Of a stretch of 64,000 bases of DNA, positions 57,865 through 64,000 are shown one piece after another. A program made the position numbers and the translations under genes. The stretch is from Octopus vulgaris (Eukaryota). The notes beneath the pieces were generated by a model. It worked only from the letters and a program-made list of their open reading frames with translations, was not told where the DNA came from and did not search any database. The stretch's first letter is position 1. Every line of letters starts with the position of its first letter. The stretch covers positions 79,794,001 through 79,858,000 of the forward strand of contig OX597827.1 of NCBI GenBank assembly GCA_951406725.2. Reading direction: 5' to 3'.

Positions 57865-58100
57865 TATTTCTTTACTACCCACAAGGGGCTAAACACAGAG
57901 AGGACAAACAAGGACAGACAAACGGATTAAGTCGATTATATCGACCCCAGTGCGTAACTGGCACTTATTTAATCGACCCTGAAAGGATGAAAGGCAAAGC
58001 CAACCTCGACGGAATTTGAACTCAGAACGTAGCAGTGGACGAAGTAACACAAAGCATTTCGCCCGGTGTGCTAAAGTTTCTGCCAGCTCACCGCCTTCAA
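57865..58100 (-). mobile_element. Young S1-type SINE with a 16-bp TSD
   Basis: ATCCCTCTAAAATACA at 57849-57864 and 58101-58116. CpGs retained; head AAGGCGGTGAGCTGGCAG. Confidence 0.9.
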
Positions 58101-58725
58101 ATCCCTCTAAAATACAACCAGCTTCTTGCGAGGATTAATTTTGTAAATTTATTCTTAATAGGTTACCATATACATACTGAACATGTATTTTGTGGGTTTA
58201 TGATACATGAGCCTACATAAAAATAACAAACAGACAGATAGATATTTATACATACATACATATTTACATGCATACATATGTATGTATGTATGTCCGATTA
58301 CTCTCATACTTCTGGTAACATATAACCCAGCACAACCTGTTGCACAGTCAGATCGTCAGCAACCAAACCAGAAACCCCACCAAGCTTGCTTCATGAGGAG
58401 GATTTCTAGATATCCTTCAGGCTGAAAAGCAAAACCCATCAAAGGGTGGAGGAACTCAGGAGAGTCAACAATAATTCAATACAGTCACGGGTAGATGGTG
58501 CACACTAGTTGTACAGAAGACTATCCATTGAGGTGGAGATAGTCTCTGAAATAAAAAGTGTTCAGGGAGGGCTTGCAACCAGCTGATACTCTTTTGCACA
58601 GAAAGAATTATGACTTGAAGATGTTATAGTTTTGTTTAAGGGTGACTGATTATATATATATATATATATATTGGAAAATATTTATATATTACACACACAC
58701 ACACAAAAATATGTGTCTGTAAGTG

Positions 58726-59395
<670 letters not shown>

Positions 59396-60009
59396 ATATA
59401 TATATATATAAACATCTCCTCTTCTAGTATAAAACTCTCCCTCAAAGAAATCTTAGACTTGTAAGCTGCATGAAGACCTCACTAGTGCTGGTTCCATGAA
59501 ACAGCACTCACTCTGTAAGCTGGTTTGCACTAGGTAAGGTATATCACCTGAGGAAAACACAACAAAGAAGATATTGGAGGATGACGCAGTCCTTAGATCC
59601 ATCAGATCCACTCAAACTGTCCAACCCATTGCAGTGTGGTTAGGTAGCAATATATCCTTGATATAGGTGTTACCACCTATATAATATCAAATGTGCCTTT
59701 AACTATTTTATTACTGTGATGGAGTTTGGTGTGTTACAACATGGAGCACGATAGTGGGAACTGAATCAAGACAGGCAGACAATTTCCAGGGAAGGATTGA
59801 GGAAAGGGCAATGGAAAGACATAAGAATTAGGAATACAGAGAGGAGAAACATTAACTGAGATGGGAAGAAATGAAGTGCAAGAAACAAAGCTAAGTGTAT
59901 GATGAATGATAATGCTGAAGCCAAGAGGGGAAGGCTGAGAATTATTAATCAAGAAAGAAAGCAAGATGCAAGAATATTCTGCAGAAGCCAGAATGAGGAA
60001 ACGGTTTAG

Positions 60010-60390
60010 AAGAGGAAATATGACCAAAGAGAATAGACGAGATTTGGTTGTCTAGAGCACTGGCTCGAGGAACCCCTGTGCAATAATTTAATAGTCTTAT
60101 GCACACATATCTGCACAGGAGAATTAAAAATTACTGCCGATTTTAGCAGTTTTGTAACTTCTTGCGGAACCCCTGGACAGTACTGGCGGAACCCTAAGGT
60201 TCCGTAGAACCCTTGTTGAAAACTACTGGTCTAGAGAGACACCAAGGATCTGACAAAAACACTGCATTTAGAATACCTCAGGCTTGTTCAGGTATTTTTT
60301 GAGGATGGTTGAGGTTTCAGCACTGTAGAGGAGGACAGACAGAACCAGTGTGCAGAAAAGATATTTAAATCTGTTAAATAGGTAGAAAGT
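60010..60390 (-). mobile_element. RTE-like RT remnant interrupted by the MITE
   Basis: Minus LVLSVLLYSAETS..EVF*MQCFCQILGVSLDNQI is continuous once the MITE and one TSD copy are removed. Confidence 0.6.
60058..60228. mobile_element. hAT-Charlie-type MITE
   Basis: 8-bp TSD GTCTAGAG at 60050-60057 and 60229-60236 (NTCTAGAN target). Right end reverse complement is CAGTAGTTTTCAAC; internal GGAACCC subrepeats. Confidence 0.85.
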
Positions 60391-61084
60391 TATAAGAGAA
60401 TGGATCTGAAATTGTGACGCTCATGCCAAGTGGAATGGCTACATTTTGAAATCAAAGCCACATTATCTCAGATCATTAGGGGAGTTCCTTTAGCCTCGTG
60501 TCTCTTGTATATTTTGTTATATTCTCTCTATTATTTGCAATTATATTCTCTCTAACCTTCAACTTTTAATACCAGTCAAACATTAGCTTGATCAACAAGT
60601 CGATAAAACATTGTTAACCTCAAAACCATAAAACATTATCAAAATAATAAACACTAAGTTATTGATAAAGCAAATAAGAAATTCTATCTTTCAACTTCCA
60701 CATCCAACCTCTAAATAATGTTCTTTATTTTTGATCATATTTCAGAGATATAAAACACATATTTTATGATATTGAGAATTTAAAAGAAAAGTTATTAACT
60801 TAAATGTAGAGTTACTAACTTATTGGCAGGGGTCACAGTATTTAAAGCTAGTAGCAGAAAACATTGATTTTTTTCAAAGCCTGAGCTGCTATCAGAGATT
60901 TGAACCTATTTTCTTTAATATTGGAAACCAATAACTGAAGTAGTCTACAATCTAGAGTTATCAGTGAACATTTTAACCTACTTTACAACATTCATTCTAA
61001 GCGTTCTACACTTTATGGACATTAAGATACAATAAACAACGGAACAATTGATTAACTAATGAAGTCTTTTTGAAGAGTTAATTT

Positions 61085-61545
61085 TGCACGAGGTCTCCAT
61101 CTCCACTATCACCCCCACATCTAGCACCATCAACACCATCCCCATCACCACTATCGTTATCACCTCTAACACCACCAACACCATTCTACCAAAACACCAA
61201 CACCATTATAACTTAACATCATCTCCTACACTTCCACTTTCATCACCAATATCACCACTACCTTATACCACCGCTACAATGCAACAATCATCACAACTAT
61301 CAGCATCATCTCAAACTAATAACTATCATCACAACTGCGACCATATTATAAGTGTTCCATTCACACAAGTGATGATTTTGCCACTACCATTATCATCTCC
61401 AGTATCAACAAATATGCTCTTATCATCTTCATCCTCACACTCACCACCATCTTCTCCTTTATCATTATCCCAACCACCCTCCTACCAATAATAGCATCAC
61501 TACCACCACCACTATCACCATCATCATCGTCATCATCATCAATCA
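61085..61545. repeat. Degenerate (CAC/CAT)n low-complexity tract
   Basis: Seen directly; explains the T/S/P-rich ORF. Confidence 0.8.
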
Positions 61546-62441
61546 TGGAGTTTGTTTTCCATACTGTATAGAAACATTTTATAATAAGTTGTAAATTTGT
61601 GTCCACCATTCCAACCACAACATAATACAAGGGTGTACATACATACATATAGTATATATGATGGGATTATTTAAGTTTCCTTCAACCAAATCCACATACA
61701 AGTGGCATTATAGTAGCAGACACTTGTCCAAAGTGCCACACAAAGGGACTGAACCCGGAACCATGCAGTTGGGCAGCAGACTTCTTACCACACATCCTTA
61801 CCTGCACCTATGTATTACACACAGCTACAAATCTATAACTCTCATATATATAAATATATATAGTCATATAATTAATTGAATCTTGATTCATTATCTAACA
61901 CTTAGTCTATGTATCTCTCATAGATAAACTCTGCAGTATATCTTTGTATTTTGGAGTTAAAGTGATCCACCAATCTTATTAATCATTTTGAAACTTTACT
62001 GAAATGTGTATCACCAGAGCCAATGCAAGCTCTTGACCATAGAATTTGCAACCTTACAATTTATCAACTTTCAGTTTGATTGCAAAGGTCAACCAGCACA
62101 TAAGTATTAATAACTTCCATCCTCTCCTCAATGACTGCGAGAAAATGCATGATTTTTCTACCTTTTCCATTTTTTTCCTTTTCTTCTCTTTCCTTTTCCA
62201 TTGGATATCTACTGTCTCCATTCAGATTTTCCATCTGGTTGCCTATATATTCTGAACAACAGATCACCTATACTGCACTTTGTATCCCATCCAATGATTA
62301 GGAATGTAAAATTCAAAGAACTAGATATAAGGTGCCAACTTATCATAGCCATGAATAACACTTTTTCCTGGGCACTGAGTGTTGTTTTTAACTTCTTGTC
62401 AGTACCTATGTACACTATACATACGCAAAAACATGTGTCTG

Positions 62442-62472
<31 letters not shown>

Positions 62473-62764
62473 TGTTTATGTAATTTTTTTTTTTTGATAA
62501 TATAGTATATTTAAATTTTTTCTATATAACACAGATAATGTCTTTCACTATTGAATTGCTTAATAGAGGTTATTTCTCTTAATGATATATATATATATCA
62601 TTATATATTATGTTATATTATATATTATGTTATATTATATTATATTATATTAGAGGGAAAATCAAATAGAAGAATAAAGAGTAAAGGTAGTTATTCTCCT
62701 GCCTATATTTCTTCTGACTACTTTGTCCACACAACTGCAGCAGCTGTGTAAGGCATAGAAAGAG

Positions 62765-62951
62765 ATAGAAGGGCATAGAGCTAGGCTGCAACCACTTTGC
62801 TTCTGATTGGAATTCAAAAATTGTCTTGTTTTTGTAGAGAAATGTATCCAAAACAGATACTAATTTGAGCCATGTTCTCTACAAAAACAAAACAATTTTC
62901 GAATTCCATTCAGAAGCAAGGCAGTTTCAGCTTAGCTCCACATCTTTCTAT
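62765..62951. repeat. Imperfect inverted repeat with ~80-bp arms (MITE-like hairpin)
   Basis: GAGCTAGGCTG..TTGCTTCTGATTGGAATTCAAAAATTGTCTTGTTTTTGTAGAGAA pairs with TTCTCTACAAAAACAAAACAATTTTCGAATTCCATTCAGAAGCAA..CAGCTTAGCTC. Confidence 0.8.
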
Positions 62952-64000
62952 TTCAATTTTCAAAAATCAGAGAAATCTGTGAAACTGATTAAATATTAAA
63001 AATTTTTTTAAATAAAAAATCTAAATCTCAATGCATTTTCAACTTCTTTTCTCTATATTTCTACTCATGTAAAATAAAATAACTTTGGTTTCTATATATA
63101 TATTATATATGTATAGCAAATTTTGTCAGTCTGTTACCACCATACTGCTTAAATCAGCAAACCAATATTCATGAAACTTTGCATACATGTTACACTAACA
63201 TCCAGTTCAATGATATACTAATTGGATTTCAATAAAAATCTATAATGTACCCCCAGTTGGGTTGGGCAAATTATACGATAAAATGAGAAGGGTACAAAAA
63301 GTCAGAGGGAAACACAGTAGCAGAGTGAGGGTGACATATCAGGGACAGCAAGAATAGCATTATGTAAGCAACAAATATTGAGTGGTAATGGGATAGTAAC
63401 ATTAATACAGTTGTCATATACATGTGACACTGAATACATACTTTCATAAATACATAGATACAACACACACAGACAGAAAGGTGGGTGTGAGGTGGCTTTT
63501 CTGATGTCCACTGCAAAGAAACAGTCAGACACACACACACACATATATACATACATAAATACATACATATGTCTACTATACAACATTTTAAACCTGTGAT
63601 TACCCGTGTGTACGTTTGTAAATGTGTGTGTGCATCACAGCCTATGACTCTCCACTTTTGTAGGGTCTTCCCTGTTGCTATCACATATTGTGAGATTCAA
63701 AAATTTTTTAATTTGGTATATTGAAATAATTTTCCACATTAAATCCGATTTTTTAAAATTTATTTGTTCCAGAAAAATTGTAGAAAAATGTTACTGGGGT
63801 TTAAAGTGTAATCAGTTTTACCTAATCAGAAACTAGGATTTGGAAGTTGGCTATTTTTTACAGAATAGCTGTATGATAGCTGGTATTTCCTGCATGATAG
63901 CTATCACCAAATGAAAGCAAAGACATTAGGTGGAGGAATTTCTATTAAACAGGCAAATGCAAAGCATTACAACAACCAGAGTTGTAAGAACTTTTAAAAT

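Overview
AT-rich, microsatellite-saturated animal genomic DNA. The tRNA-derived SINE families and the (TA/CA)n load look like an octopus/coleoid cephalopod genome (recognised from memory, not searched). The window appears to be mostly intronic sequence of one large minus-strand gene whose identity I cannot assign; a few short candidate exons and alternative first exons lie at ~43035, ~32881, ~29611 and ~24809. Nearly all ORFs in the supplied track are translations of microsatellites. Decayed transposons include Penelope-like elements (GIY-YIG and RT remnants), RTE, Tx1/L1, R4/Dong, mariner, hAT, pogo/Tigger and several SINE families. The most notable pattern is a set of minimal type I hammerhead-ribozyme motifs (three with an intact catalytic core) tied to Penelope-type 3' ends. 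Two of them sit in long inverted-repeat elements, and one of those also has a tRNA-derived Pol III head, suggesting a SINE carrying a hammerhead tail. Repeat boundaries are approximate unless TSDs are given.
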